From an uncultured Candidatus Rokubacteria bacterium (GTDB lineage Bacteria > Methylomirabilota > Methylomirabilia > Rokubacteriales > DASRDR01), in NCBI GenBank assembly GCA_963708025.1, contig CAVPSB010000013.1, positions 32,001 to 96,000 of the forward strand: a DNA stretch of 64,000 nt, in the 5' to 3' direction. The first letter of the stretch is position 1. Every line of letters starts with the position of its first letter. The notes beneath the pieces were generated by a model. The model searched no databases and was not told where the DNA came from. It worked only from the letters and a program-made list of their open reading frames with translations. Of this stretch, positions 28,459 through 38,030 are shown in pieces. Position numbers and translations under genes: made by a program.

Positions 28459-29733
28459 TCAGCGCCAGCGGTCGACGAGCTCGCCCTTCAGCGTCTCGAA
28501 GGCTTGGGCCTGGCGCTCGAGCAGCCGCTCCTGGACGGAGGCCGGCTGGCCCGCCGCGTCCCGGCTGAGCGCGGCCATGCGCCCGAGATAGAGCGGGACC
28601 AGGCTCCGGAGCAGGTGGCCGCGGTGGAGCGCCCGGAAGCGGTGGGCGAGCAGGAAATCGTAGACGACCCGGGCCCACAGCTCGGCCGGGAAGGCGAACT
28701 CCTCCGGCGCCAGGTCCCCCAGCGCATACAGGTCGGCGAGGGTGGCGGCGGTGAGGACCTGTTCCCAGATCGGCGGGAGGTCCCGCAGCCCCTGGCGGAA
28801 CACGGCCACCATCCGGGCCAGCGCGGCCGGGGGCGTGGCGCTCGCGGTCGCGGCCGGCTCCCCTAGCCGGGCGGGCGGCGACCCGGGTCCCCGATCGTGC
28901 CACGGCTCCTCGTAGAGCTCGGCCAGCGCGAAGGCCGCCCCGACGGCCTCGCTCATGATGTCCCCGAGGTCCAGCCGCCCCTCCCGTGGCTCCGCGTCGC
29001 GGCCGCCGAGCCAGGCTTCGCCGAGCCGGGCGCCGGTAGCGGCGGCGACCGTCGCGGTGAAGAGGGGCAGCGTCCGACTAGCCGCCGTCCCCCAGCCGGG
29101 CGCCTCGCACAATCGCGCGACCAGCGGGTGGGAGAGGCTCAGCTCGGCGGTCACCAGGGACCGCACCGAGGCGCCGTACAGCGCGCGGGTCAGCGGGTAG
29201 AGGAGGCAGGTCGTGACCGGGCCGTCGAGCACCGCCCGCGCGAAGAGCGGCGTCACCAGGTCGAGCTCGCCCGCCCAGGCCGGGCGGAGGAGGCGGTCCA
29301 CCCACTCGTCGGGCAGGACCCGGAGGTCGGCCCCGACGAGCAGCACGGCCCGGGCGCCGGAGGCTCGCGCCACCTGGCACACGGCGCGGAACGCGAGGTC
29401 GCCGCCCGGGACGCCGTGGACCGGCGCCAGCTGGCGCGGCGCCGGGGCCAGCCGGCCCGGCAGCGTGAGGACGCGCAGGCCGCCGGCCGCCTGGGTCGCA
29501 GCCTCCCGGGTCCCGTCCGTGGACCCCGCGTCCCAGTGAGCGATCGCGGCCCGGACCCCCGGGAAGCGCGCCGCCACCCCCGCGTCGAGGGCGCGGACGA
29601 CGCCCCCGATGGTCCGGGCGTGCTGGTAGGAGAGCACGGCGAGGACGAGGTCCAGCTCGCCAATCTCGCCGGATCCGCCCTCGACGTCGAGCGGCAGCGC
29701 CGTGTCCACCAGCGACCCGGAGGGCGCCGTCAC
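28459..29733 (-). CDS. GT-A fold glycosyltransferase-like protein (glucosyl-3-phosphoglycerate-synthase-like)
   Basis: SYQHARTI, DAGSTDGT, ADLR, YPLTRALYG, LWARVVYDF, LVPLYLGR. Confidence 0.72.
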   Translation of the reverse strand: MTAPSGSLVDTALPLDVEGGSGEIGELDLVLAVLSYQHARTIGGVVRALDAGVAARFPGVRAAIAHWDAGSTDGTREAATQAAGGLRVLTLPGRLAPAPRQLAPVHGVPGGDLAFRAVCQVARASGARAVLLVGADLRVLPDEWVDRLLRPAWAGELDLVTPLFARAVLDGPVTTCLLYPLTRALYGASVRSLVTAELSLSHPLVARLCEAPGWGTAASRTLPLFTATVAAATGARLGEAWLGGRDAEPREGRLDLGDIMSEAVGAAFALAELYEEPWHDRGPGSPPARLGEPAATASATPPAALARMVAVFRQGLRDLPPIWEQVLTAATLADLYALGDLAPEEFAFPAELWARVVYDFLLAHRFRALHRGHLLRSLVPLYLGRMAALSRDAAGQPASVQERLLERQAQAFETLKGELVDRWR

Positions 29734-30926
29734 CCGGCCAGGCGCGTCAGGAGCGTGAGGTCGTCGGCCAGGTGTCGGGTGATCAGGAAGTTCCGCCTGA
29801 CGTGCTCGCGTCCGGCTCCGCCCAGCCGGCTGATCGCCTCCGGGTTGTTGAGCAGGTACCGGAGCCAGAAGGCGGCGCCCTCCGGCGAGTGGACCACGTA
29901 CCCCGTGACGTCGTGGATGATCTGCGCGGTGATGCCGCCGGCCGCGCCCCCGATCACGGGCTTCCCCTTCCACATCGCCTCGGCCACCGTGAGCCCGAAC
30001 CCCTCCCGCAGCGACTTCTGGAGGACGACGGTGGCCCCCCGCTGCAGGGCGTTGATCTCGAGGTGGGCGTCGGGCGGTAGCTCCAGCACGTGCATGTCGG
30101 GATCGCGGCCCATGACCTCGCGCACCTCGGCCAGGACGGCCGCGCCCTCCGGGTCGTCGGCGCCGCCGCCGCCGGCCAGGACCAGCCGGCAGTCGTTGTG
30201 CCGGCGGACCAGCCGGAAGGCGTTGATGACACCCACGGGGTCGGCGAAGCGGTCGAAGCGCGAGACCTGGAGGACGATCGGCTTGTCGCGCGGGATCTGG
30301 AGGCGGTCGAGGGTGGCCTCCACCTCCTGCCGCGTGAGCCGGCGGTTCTTGTCGCCGAGCGGGTCGATCGAGGGGTAGACGAGATACTTGGGGATCGGGA
30401 GCTGCGGGGCGAAGCGCGGGAGCGAGAAGACGGCCGCGTCGTACCGGGTGACGTACCGCCGGAGGAAGCTCCAGACGCGCCGCTGAGGGGCCGAGACGTC
30501 GATGTGGCAGCGCCAGACCCAGCGGCCGGCCGGCGGCCGGTACTCGACGAGGCCCGCCGGTGGGGCCTCGTGGACGAGGACCAGGTCCGCCTCGAGTGGG
30601 AGCCGCCGGGCGTTCTCGCGGGTGACCGCCCGGTAGGCCTCGAGCATCTCCTCGGTGACGACCTGCTCGGTGCCCTGGAGCGCGTGGTGGAGCGCCCGGG
30701 TCGTCCGGTAGAAGAGCGGGTTGCCGGTGATGACCTCCCACGAGGCGTCCACGCCGAGCTCGGTCAGCATGGGCCCCATGCGGTGGAGGAGCTCGGCCAC
30801 CCCGCCGCCGTAGCGGGTGGCGCTGATGTTGAGCAGTCGGCGGCCCTTCACGCGCTCGGCCATCCGGCTGATGAAGTCGACCGTCCCCTTGGGGGCGATC
30901 TCTCGGTAGTCGCTCAGCGTGGTCAT
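29730..30926 (-). CDS. treT: Trehalose glycosyltransferring synthase (GT4, TreT-like)
   Basis: GGGVAELL, WVWRCHID, PSIDPL..KN, QVSRFD..DPVG, DDPEG, QKSLREGFGLTVAEAMWK. Confidence 0.85.
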   Translation of the reverse strand: MTTLSDYREIAPKGTVDFISRMAERVKGRRLLNISATRYGGGVAELLHRMGPMLTELGVDASWEVITGNPLFYRTTRALHHALQGTEQVVTEEMLEAYRAVTRENARRLPLEADLVLVHEAPPAGLVEYRPPAGRWVWRCHIDVSAPQRRVWSFLRRYVTRYDAAVFSLPRFAPQLPIPKYLVYPSIDPLGDKNRRLTRQEVEATLDRLQIPRDKPIVLQVSRFDRFADPVGVINAFRLVRRHNDCRLVLAGGGGADDPEGAAVLAEVREVMGRDPDMHVLELPPDAHLEINALQRGATVVLQKSLREGFGLTVAEAMWKGKPVIGGAAGGITAQIIHDVTGYVVHSPEGAAFWLRYLLNNPEAISRLGGAGREHVRRNFLITRHLADDLTLLTRLAG

Positions 30927-30936
30927 CGGGGCCGCC

Positions 30937-31590
30937 TCACGCCGCGCCTTCCAGGGCCTCGTCCACCAGCGTCAGCAGCCGGGAGCGGACCCGCTCGAGA
31001 CTCCCCACGTAGGGATTGATGCGGGCGACCCGGTCGGCCAGCTCGGGCGCCCCCACCTGGCGGCGGAGCCATTGCGAGAAGTCGTTCTCCTGCCGCCCCT
31101 GCCGCACCCGCGCGTCGAAGAGGTGGAAAAAGATCGAGCTGACCTCCACCTCGGCCAGGTCGTCCCGGAACTCCGCGAGCGTGGCCGCCGACCGGCCGAC
31201 CGGCAGCTCGAGGACGTGGCTCTGCAGGAAGTCGAACGGCTGACCGCGGTCGATGCGGGGGACGGCGCGGAGGTGCCGGAGGTGGTGATCGATGACGGAG
31301 ACCAGCTCCTCCCGGAGGGCCTCGAGGTCCGGGAACTCGAAGGGGTCCACCATGGCCAGCTTCTCGCCGAGGACGGGGTCGCGAACCTCTCCGACGACCC
31401 AGGCCGCGAAGTCGTTCGTGTAGGTGCTGGCAAAGATCCGGTGCCGGAGAAAGAAGCCGTGGGTGTGGTAGTACACCGAGCCCGAGGGGGCCTGGGCCAG
31501 GAGGTCGGCCAGCTCCTTCTCGTCCTCGGCCCGCTGGCCGAGGATCTCCCGCAACTCGACGCACCCCACGAACACGAACGGCTCCATCAC
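30937..31590 (-). CDS. DUF5752-like protein
   Basis: SVYYHTH..YTNDFAAWV..LGEKL, repeated as SIFFH..NDFSQWL; typical neighbour of TreT. Confidence 0.8.
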   Translation of the reverse strand: MMEPFVFVGCVELREILGQRAEDEKELADLLAQAPSGSVYYHTHGFFLRHRIFASTYTNDFAAWVVGEVRDPVLGEKLAMVDPFEFPDLEALREELVSVIDHHLRHLRAVPRIDRGQPFDFLQSHVLELPVGRSAATLAEFRDDLAEVEVSSIFFHLFDARVRQGRQENDFSQWLRRQVGAPELADRVARINPYVGSLERVRSRLLTLVDEALEGAA

Positions 31591-31651
31591 CCGCCCCAGC
31601 TCCCTCGAAGCCGGACGGTCATGACAGGTCGAGTTTCCCGGGGGGCGGGAC

Positions 31652-31836
31652 GACGACGCCCTGCGAAGCTCATCGGCCCCGCCCGATCATGCCCGAGGCG
31701 GCCAGCGCGCGGGGGCGGGGCCGAGGAGCGAGCAGGGCTAGGACGCAGGGAGTCGCTGACCGCAGGCGTATGCCGCATACGCCGAGGATCGGCGACGACC
31801 GAGGACGACGCCCTGCGAAGCTCATCGGCCCCGCCC
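31652..31836. repeat. 33-bp direct repeat pair enclosing a hairpin element (family D)
   Basis: GACGACGCCCTGCGAAGCTCATCGGCCCCGCCC at 31652-31684 and 31804-31836; internal GGCGTATG-CCG-CATACGCC. Confidence 0.8.
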
Positions 31837-31837
31837 C

Positions 31838-34240
31838 CTACTCCAAAGCGAAGCCGAGCGCTTCCGCCAGCGGTACCAGCACCCTCCGCCCGCCGGCGTC
31901 GTGGGCGCGCCACAGCTCGAAGAGCCGGTTCTGGGCGGCCCAGAGATCGGGCATGGCGCCGATCCGCTGGGCGAGCCGGATCACCGCCACCGCGCTCTCC
32001 ACGCGGTCCGGCAGCGCGCGGTCCCGGAGCCGGAACATCCGGGCCAGCAGGGCCTGCTCGAGCGCGGGGGTGACCCGCTCCCGCTCCAGCGCCAGGTCGA
32101 TGCCGAGGGAGCGGGCCTCCACCACCAGCTCGTTGATCCTCTCGGCCACGTCGTCCTGCTGGATCAGTCGGGTCAGCTCCCGCTCGACATCGCGCTGGAG
32201 CACGTACCGCGCCGCCAGCACCAGCGCGTCGGGCGGCCGGGCGTCCACCTCGCGCAGGTACTGCATGAGCCGGCGGGTCTGCTCGTAGAGCTGGCGGTAC
32301 GTGTCCTCGAAGCGCTGGAGCACGCCGTCGGTCACGGTAGCCAGGATCTTGCGCCGCTCCTCCAGGAACAGGTCCCGGATCCCGTAGGTCCGCCCCTGGA
32401 AGTGGCGATCGAGGGCGCGGACCACCTCCGAGAGGCTATGGCCGACGAAGTGCCGGAACAGCTCGTCCCGGATCGCCGCGAAGCCAGCCGGATCCGAGTA
32501 GCTCCGGGTCGCGCAGTGGAAGTCGTAGCCACCGTAATGCAGGACGGCGACCCCGGCCTCCTCGCTCTCCATGGTGACGTCCGAGATCACCCGGACGTGG
32601 CCCACCGTCAGCGAACTGTCGCCGGACGCTTCCCGCTGCCACTCCCGCCGGGCGACCGAGTAGGCGTAGACCTTCGCCTCCTCGCCGTAGGGCTGGTACG
32701 GCGCGGCGATGGCGTAGTGGGCAATGACGCGGTGGAGGTTGACAACGGCCGGCAGGACGTACCGCCGGTAGACGGCGTCGCCGGCGCCCAGCTCGGGCAG
32801 GTTCGAGGGCGCGGCCACCAGCCGGACCATGAACGCGGCTTCCAGATCGCTGCCGCCCCCCAGCTCCCCGGCGAGCTGGACGACCCGCGCCGCGTACTTG
32901 AGCACCTGGACCGTCTCGATCCCCGAGATCTCGTCGAAGAACCAGCCGCACGAGGTGTACATGAGCAGGCGATGGCGCTGGAGCTCCAGGAGCTTGATCG
33001 TCTCGATCGCCTCGGGCGCCGAGAGCGGACGGAGCTGATGGCGAGCGAAGTAGGCCGCCACGCTGGCCGGCGACCGGGCCAGGATCACCTCGATGTAGTC
33101 GTCCCGGGCCGCCCACGGATCCTTCAGCAGCGTGGACGCCCGCGCCTCGAAGAGGGGGTCCACCACGTCGCGAAGCCAGTCCAGCGCTTCGCGGAGCGGC
33201 GCCCGCCAGCGCTGATGCCAGCCCTTGCGCCCGGAGTTGCAGCCGCAATCCGCGCGCCAGCGCTCCACGCCGTGCGCGCAGCTCCACGACGAGGGCGCGG
33301 TGATCTCCACCTCGTGGGCGGGTGGAGAGCCGGCCAGGAAGGCCCCGTAGTTCGTCAGCCTCGCTCTCCCGTCGCGCTCGATCCGGTCGCAGGCGGCGGC
33401 CAGCGCCATGTCGCCGAACGGGTGGTGGTGGCCGTACGACTCGCCGTCGGTCGCGATGTGGACGAGCTGGGCCCCCAACCGCCGCTCGTCGAAGCCGGCC
33501 ATGAGCCGCTCGGCGAAGGCGTCGCCGGAGGCGAGCAGGCCCTCGAACGCCACCGCGTGCGAGATCGGACCGTCGTAGAAGAAGAGGGCCAGGCTCCGCC
33601 CGTCGGTTCCGCTCCACCGATAGGCCCGGCTCGGATCGATCCCGCCGCCGACCTCCTGCCACTCCTTGTCCGGCAGCACCCGCACGCGCGCAGCCTGCTT
33701 GGGCGCCAGGATCGTGAAGGCGATGCCGTGGTCGGCCAGCACCTCCAGTGTCTCCTCGTCCACCGCCGTCTCCGGCAGCCACATCCCTTCCGGCTCGCGG
33801 CCGAACCGGTGACGGAAGTCCGCCAGGCCCCAGCGCACCTGGGTGAGCTTGTCCCGGTAGGTGCAGAGCGGCATGATCGCGTGGTTGTACGGCTGAGCGA
33901 TCGCGTTGCCGTGGCCGCCGCGGGCCACCACGCTCGTCCGGTCGGCCTCGAGGATCCGAGCGTAGACGTCGGGACGCTCGCCGGCCAGCCAGTGCATCAG
34001 GGTGGGTCCCACGTTGAAGGAGCTCCGCTCGAAGTTGTTGGTGATGTCGGTGATGCGGTTCTGGCCGTCGACCCGCCGGGCGGCGGTGTTGGGAGCGTAG
34101 CACTCGACGGTCACCCGCACGTTCCAGTCGTGGTAGGGGAAGGCCGAGTCCTGGACCTCGACCGCCTCCAGCCACGGGTTCTCGCGGGGCGGCTGATAGA
34201 AGTGCCCGTGGATGGCGATGAAGCGCGGCTCGTCGTTCAT
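31838..34240 (-). CDS. GH57 glycoside hydrolase with DUF3536 domain
   Basis: IHGHFYQPPRENPW, GMWLPETA, ATDGESYGHH, SWSCAHGVERW, MYTSCGWFFD. Confidence 0.93.
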   Translation of the reverse strand: MNDEPRFIAIHGHFYQPPRENPWLEAVEVQDSAFPYHDWNVRVTVECYAPNTAARRVDGQNRITDITNNFERSSFNVGPTLMHWLAGERPDVYARILEADRTSVVARGGHGNAIAQPYNHAIMPLCTYRDKLTQVRWGLADFRHRFGREPEGMWLPETAVDEETLEVLADHGIAFTILAPKQAARVRVLPDKEWQEVGGGIDPSRAYRWSGTDGRSLALFFYDGPISHAVAFEGLLASGDAFAERLMAGFDERRLGAQLVHIATDGESYGHHHPFGDMALAAACDRIERDGRARLTNYGAFLAGSPPAHEVEITAPSSWSCAHGVERWRADCGCNSGRKGWHQRWRAPLREALDWLRDVVDPLFEARASTLLKDPWAARDDYIEVILARSPASVAAYFARHQLRPLSAPEAIETIKLLELQRHRLLMYTSCGWFFDEISGIETVQVLKYAARVVQLAGELGGGSDLEAAFMVRLVAAPSNLPELGAGDAVYRRYVLPAVVNLHRVIAHYAIAAPYQPYGEEAKVYAYSVARREWQREASGDSSLTVGHVRVISDVTMESEEAGVAVLHYGGYDFHCATRSYSDPAGFAAIRDELFRHFVGHSLSEVVRALDRHFQGRTYGIRDLFLEERRKILATVTDGVLQRFEDTYRQLYEQTRRLMQYLREVDARPPDALVLAARYVLQRDVERELTRLIQQDDVAERINELVVEARSLGIDLALERERVTPALEQALLARMFRLRDRALPDRVESAVAVIRLAQRIGAMPDLWAAQNRLFELWRAHDAGGRRVLVPLAEALGFALE

Positions 34241-34499
34241 CCGGTCAGATGTCTCGCGTGGATGGTCCGGACCGAGACCCGAGCCCCGGCCACAGGCCGA
34301 TGGCCGTCCGAAGGACGCAGGGAGGAGGCGGGCCGAGGCGTATGCCGCCGTTGACGACCTAGTCGCGACGCCTTGGGCCTCCGGCCCTCGGGACGTCGCT
34401 TCCTTGTGGGAGGCCCGCCGACGACCCCGGAGGCCGGGACGTCCTCGGCCCGGTCGGGATGAACGGACGACCCCGGGGCGACGGGTATCGGCACGGACC

Positions 34500-35738
34500 T
34501 CAGAACAGGTCCTCCAGGTTCAGGACGTGAGCCCGCCCCCCTCGCGGGATCACGACGATGCCGGAGTCATCGCGGTGCCAGCGCCGCGCGTCCTCCTCGC
34601 GGTCCTCGCCCACGATCGTGCCCTGCTCCAGCCGGTTGAACCGGTCCACGATGGCCCGGCGGAGGCGCACGCCCTTCTCGAGGCGGGTCCCGTCCATCAC
34701 GATCGAGTCCTCGACCACGCACCCTTCCTCGACCCGGACGTCGCGGCCCAGGATCGAGTTTCGCACGGTGGCGTGGCGGATCAGGCTCCCCTCGCCGACG
34801 TGCGCGTTCTCGATGTGGCCGCCCAGGATGCGGGCGGCGGGGCCGGCGTGGCGGCTGGCCAGAATGGGCCAGGCCTCGTTGTCGAGGTCGAACCGAGGGG
34901 TGTCGCCCAGGAGGTCCATGTGGGCGCGCCAGTAGCTCTCGATGGTCCCGATGTCTCGCCAGTAGCCGCGCTCCTCGTAGGGCTTCAGTCCCGGGATCTC
35001 GTTGGCCTGGAAGTCGTAGGCGAACGCCCGCCCGTGCAGGAACAGCGCGGGGATGACGCTGCGCCCGAAGTCGTGGCCGGTGGACCGGCTGGCGCCTTCC
35101 AGGAGCGTGTCCACCAGGATGTCGCGGTCGAACAGGTAGTTGCCCATCGAGGCGAAGGCGAGGTCGGGGCGATCGGGGATGGCCTGCGGCCGGGCCGGCT
35201 TTTCCTGGAAGGCCACGATGCGGCTGTCCCGGTCGACACCGATGACGCCGAACCCGGTCGCTTGCTCGACGGGGACCGAGAGTGCCGCCACCGTAACCTG
35301 GGCGCCGTGCGCGGCGTGGAAGTCCATCATCTGACGCACGTCCATCCGGTAGACGTGGTCGGCGCCGAAGACGGCCACGAGGTCCGGCCGGAAGTCCTCT
35401 ACGAGATTCAGATTCTGGAGAACGGCGTCGGCGGTGCCCCGGTACCACACCTCGCCCATCCGCATCTGGGGCGGAACCACGGTCACGAAGTGGTCAGCGA
35501 CGAGGCCACCCGACCGCCAGGCCAGCCGCAGGTGCTCGATGAGGGACTGCGACTTGTACTGCACCAGGACGTAGAGGGAGAGGACGCCCGAGTTGACGAA
35601 GTTCGAGAGGACGAAGTCGACGATGCGGTAGCGGCCGCCGAACGGCACCGCCGGCTTCGAGCGCTCGCGGGTGAGCGGACTCAGGCGCTCCCCCTTGCCG
35701 CCGGCCATGATGAAGGCGAGGACCCGCGCCGGCCTCAT
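34500..35738 (-). CDS. glgC: Glucose-1-phosphate adenylyltransferase
   Basis: MAGGKGERL.PLT..RSKPAVPFGG, WYRGTADAV, ADHVYRMD, FQEKP, ASMGNY, YWRDIGT. Confidence 0.95.
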   Translation of the reverse strand: MRPARVLAFIMAGGKGERLSPLTRERSKPAVPFGGRYRIVDFVLSNFVNSGVLSLYVLVQYKSQSLIEHLRLAWRSGGLVADHFVTVVPPQMRMGEVWYRGTADAVLQNLNLVEDFRPDLVAVFGADHVYRMDVRQMMDFHAAHGAQVTVAALSVPVEQATGFGVIGVDRDSRIVAFQEKPARPQAIPDRPDLAFASMGNYLFDRDILVDTLLEGASRSTGHDFGRSVIPALFLHGRAFAYDFQANEIPGLKPYEERGYWRDIGTIESYWRAHMDLLGDTPRFDLDNEAWPILASRHAGPAARILGGHIENAHVGEGSLIRHATVRNSILGRDVRVEEGCVVEDSIVMDGTRLEKGVRLRRAIVDRFNRLEQGTIVGEDREEDARRWHRDDSGIVVIPRGGRAHVLNLEDLF

Positions 35739-35787
35739 GCTCCGGGGCCGATCCCCGCCGCCGGGCGGCGCTCCCCGTCCCGTCCGC

Positions 35788-37551
35788 TCATCGCGCCGCC
35801 GGGCCCCGGATCCAGGCCGGGTCGATGTCGGCGAACAGGAAGTCTTCCCGCTCCAGCCGGCGCAGCGCCTCCTCCTCGTCGGGGCCGAGCGTGCCCGTCT
35901 GGGCGAGCTTGTCCGACAGCTCGAGCAGGTGCTTGAACTCCGCGTAGTGCTCGGCAAAGCGCCGCTCCGCGTAGTCCCGCGCCGACCGGGTGGTGATGAG
36001 GAATTGCCAGTCCGAGGCCTGGAGCAGGAGCGCCTCGCGACAGGCCTGGGCCAGCACCCGCTGGTGGAGCGCCGAGCCGTCGCCCGCGCGGCCGAGGCGC
36101 TCGACGAGCGCCTGCTCGGCGTCGTAGACGCGGTCCCAGGTCCACTCGGTTTGCGGGTTGAGCCAGACCCGGTGGTCGCCGCCCTCGCCCCACGATCCCT
36201 CCTCCAGCGTCATCACCTCGCCGGGAACGCCGGCGTCCACCACCTCGGCCAGCGTGACGGGCCGCACGCCGTCCCGGGCCAGGCGACGCGCCACCGCCTC
36301 CAGGAAGTCCGGGCCCTCGAACCACCAGTGTCCGAAGAGCTCGGCGTCGTATGGCGACACGACGACCGGCGGGTATCCGCCGCCGTCATCGGCGGCTTCC
36401 TTCAACGTGCGCTCCACCAGGTGGACGAAGTGGTCGGCGTGGCTCTGAACCCGCTCGGCCGCCACCTCCGGGGAATAGAGCTGCTTGTCGCCGAGGTCCA
36501 CGCCGGCCCCGGTGACCCGCCAGTACCGGAAGCCGCCGGGGAAGTGCTTCTTGTGGAACTCGAGGTACTGGGGCTCGCCGGGATAGCCCTGCTCGCGGCT
36601 CCAGACCTGGACGGTCGTCTTCGGATCCCGGACGAACGCCACCGCCGTGCCCGTCCCACCGCGCGAGGCCACCTGGTAGGGACGATAGGGGCTGGCCGCC
36701 TTCGCCGCGCGCGACGACCGCACCGGCGGCCGCTCCCGGGGCAGCGCGGCCAGCGCCGGGAAGAAGTCGCGGTAGGCCGAGAGCGGCGTCCCGCTCCGGA
36801 TGAGGTGCGTGTCCACGAGGAAGAACTCGATCCCGTACTCGGCCAGCAGCTCCTCGATCCCGGGCCGGAGCCCCCGCGGCGCCGCCGAGCCGCCGACGGG
36901 CGGCTTCCAGTCGTAGCGCGGGCGGTAGGCGCACTCGGGCAGCCAGATGCCGCGAGGCCGGCGGCCGAAGTGCCGCTGGTGGCTCGCGACCGCAGTCCCG
37001 AGCTGGAGGCGGATCGACTCGTCCCGGGAGAGCAGCGGGAGGTAGCCGTGGGTCGCCGCGCAGGTGATGATCTCCAGGTGACCGGCGGCGCCCAGCTCGG
37101 CGAAGGCGCCCAGGAGGTCACCGCCCACCCCCCGCAGCAGCGCCCACATCCGCTCGAAGTACTCTTCCCAGTACCGCGTCAGCGCGACCAGCTCGTCCTG
37201 TCCGGTCCGGCGGAAATACGCCCGGTTGTCCTCGACGTAGCGCAGGCGCGTCCCGATGAAGAACTCGAACTCCTTCTGGAAGGCGCCGGAGGCGAGCTGC
37301 TCGGCCAGGACCGGCGAGATGTTGATCGTCCACCGGGGGGAGATCCCGGACGCGACCAGCCGGCGGGCTACGTCGAGGAGCGGGAGGTAGCACTCGGTCG
37401 CGGCCTCGCTGAGCCAGTCGGAGCCGTGAGGCCACCGGCCGTGGTTCAGGACGAACGGCAGGTGCGTGTGGAGAACGAGGGCGAAGCCGGCGACGGAGGG
37501 ACCCGCCGCGGGACCCGAGGACGACGCCCGGCTGGACTCGCGCTTTTTCAC
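35788..37551 (-). CDS. GH57 1,4-alpha-glucan branching enzyme (DUF1957)
   Basis: LVLHTHLPFV, ATHGYLPLL, GIWLPECAY, YDAELFGHWWFEG, LLQASDWQF. Confidence 0.92.
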   Translation of the reverse strand: MKKRESSRASSSGPAAGPSVAGFALVLHTHLPFVLNHGRWPHGSDWLSEAATECYLPLLDVARRLVASGISPRWTINISPVLAEQLASGAFQKEFEFFIGTRLRYVEDNRAYFRRTGQDELVALTRYWEEYFERMWALLRGVGGDLLGAFAELGAAGHLEIITCAATHGYLPLLSRDESIRLQLGTAVASHQRHFGRRPRGIWLPECAYRPRYDWKPPVGGSAAPRGLRPGIEELLAEYGIEFFLVDTHLIRSGTPLSAYRDFFPALAALPRERPPVRSSRAAKAASPYRPYQVASRGGTGTAVAFVRDPKTTVQVWSREQGYPGEPQYLEFHKKHFPGGFRYWRVTGAGVDLGDKQLYSPEVAAERVQSHADHFVHLVERTLKEAADDGGGYPPVVVSPYDAELFGHWWFEGPDFLEAVARRLARDGVRPVTLAEVVDAGVPGEVMTLEEGSWGEGGDHRVWLNPQTEWTWDRVYDAEQALVERLGRAGDGSALHQRVLAQACREALLLQASDWQFLITTRSARDYAERRFAEHYAEFKHLLELSDKLAQTGTLGPDEEEALRRLEREDFLFADIDPAWIRGPAAR

Positions 37552-37843
37552 GGCTCTCGCCTCCCGTGCCTGGAATCGGGGGCCCCGGGGACACCCCCGG
37601 TCGGGCGAGCCACCCGAGGCCCGGCAGGGATGCGCGTCCGGCCAGCCAACGACACCGGTTCGGTTACGAATACGGGAACTTACGCAACAAGGCTAGGGTT
37701 GCAGAAGGCCACCGGGGTGTCAAGCCGAAAGCCCGGACGCCCGGAGTGATGCGGCACGCCCGGGGGCGGCTCACCCGCGGGCCGAAGACGAGCAGGGGAG
37801 ACCAGCGCGCCCAGGATCAGGACCTCGAGGTGCGGGCGCGGTC

Positions 37844-38030
37844 TCAGTTCGGGACCTCCCGCCCACCCCCCCAGCCCCCCTCCCCCACCCACCGGGGGGA
37901 GGGGGGAGTCGGAGAACCCCATTCCTTCACACGCTCTCAGTTCGGGACCTCCCGCCCACCCCCCAACCCCCCTCCCCCACCCACCGGGGGGAGGGGGGAG
38001 CCGGAGCGTCCATTCCTTCACGCGCTCTCA
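37844..38030 (-). repeat. Repeat family A, tandem dimer (93 + 91 bp) starting at the treZ TGA
   Basis: Unit boundaries TCA at 37844, 37937 and 38028; best-preserved copies. Confidence 0.95.

Noticed and set aside
31652-31836. 33-bp direct repeats as a mini-CRISPR or att sites
   Set aside because: Only two copies, 119 bp apart, with no cas or integrase gene
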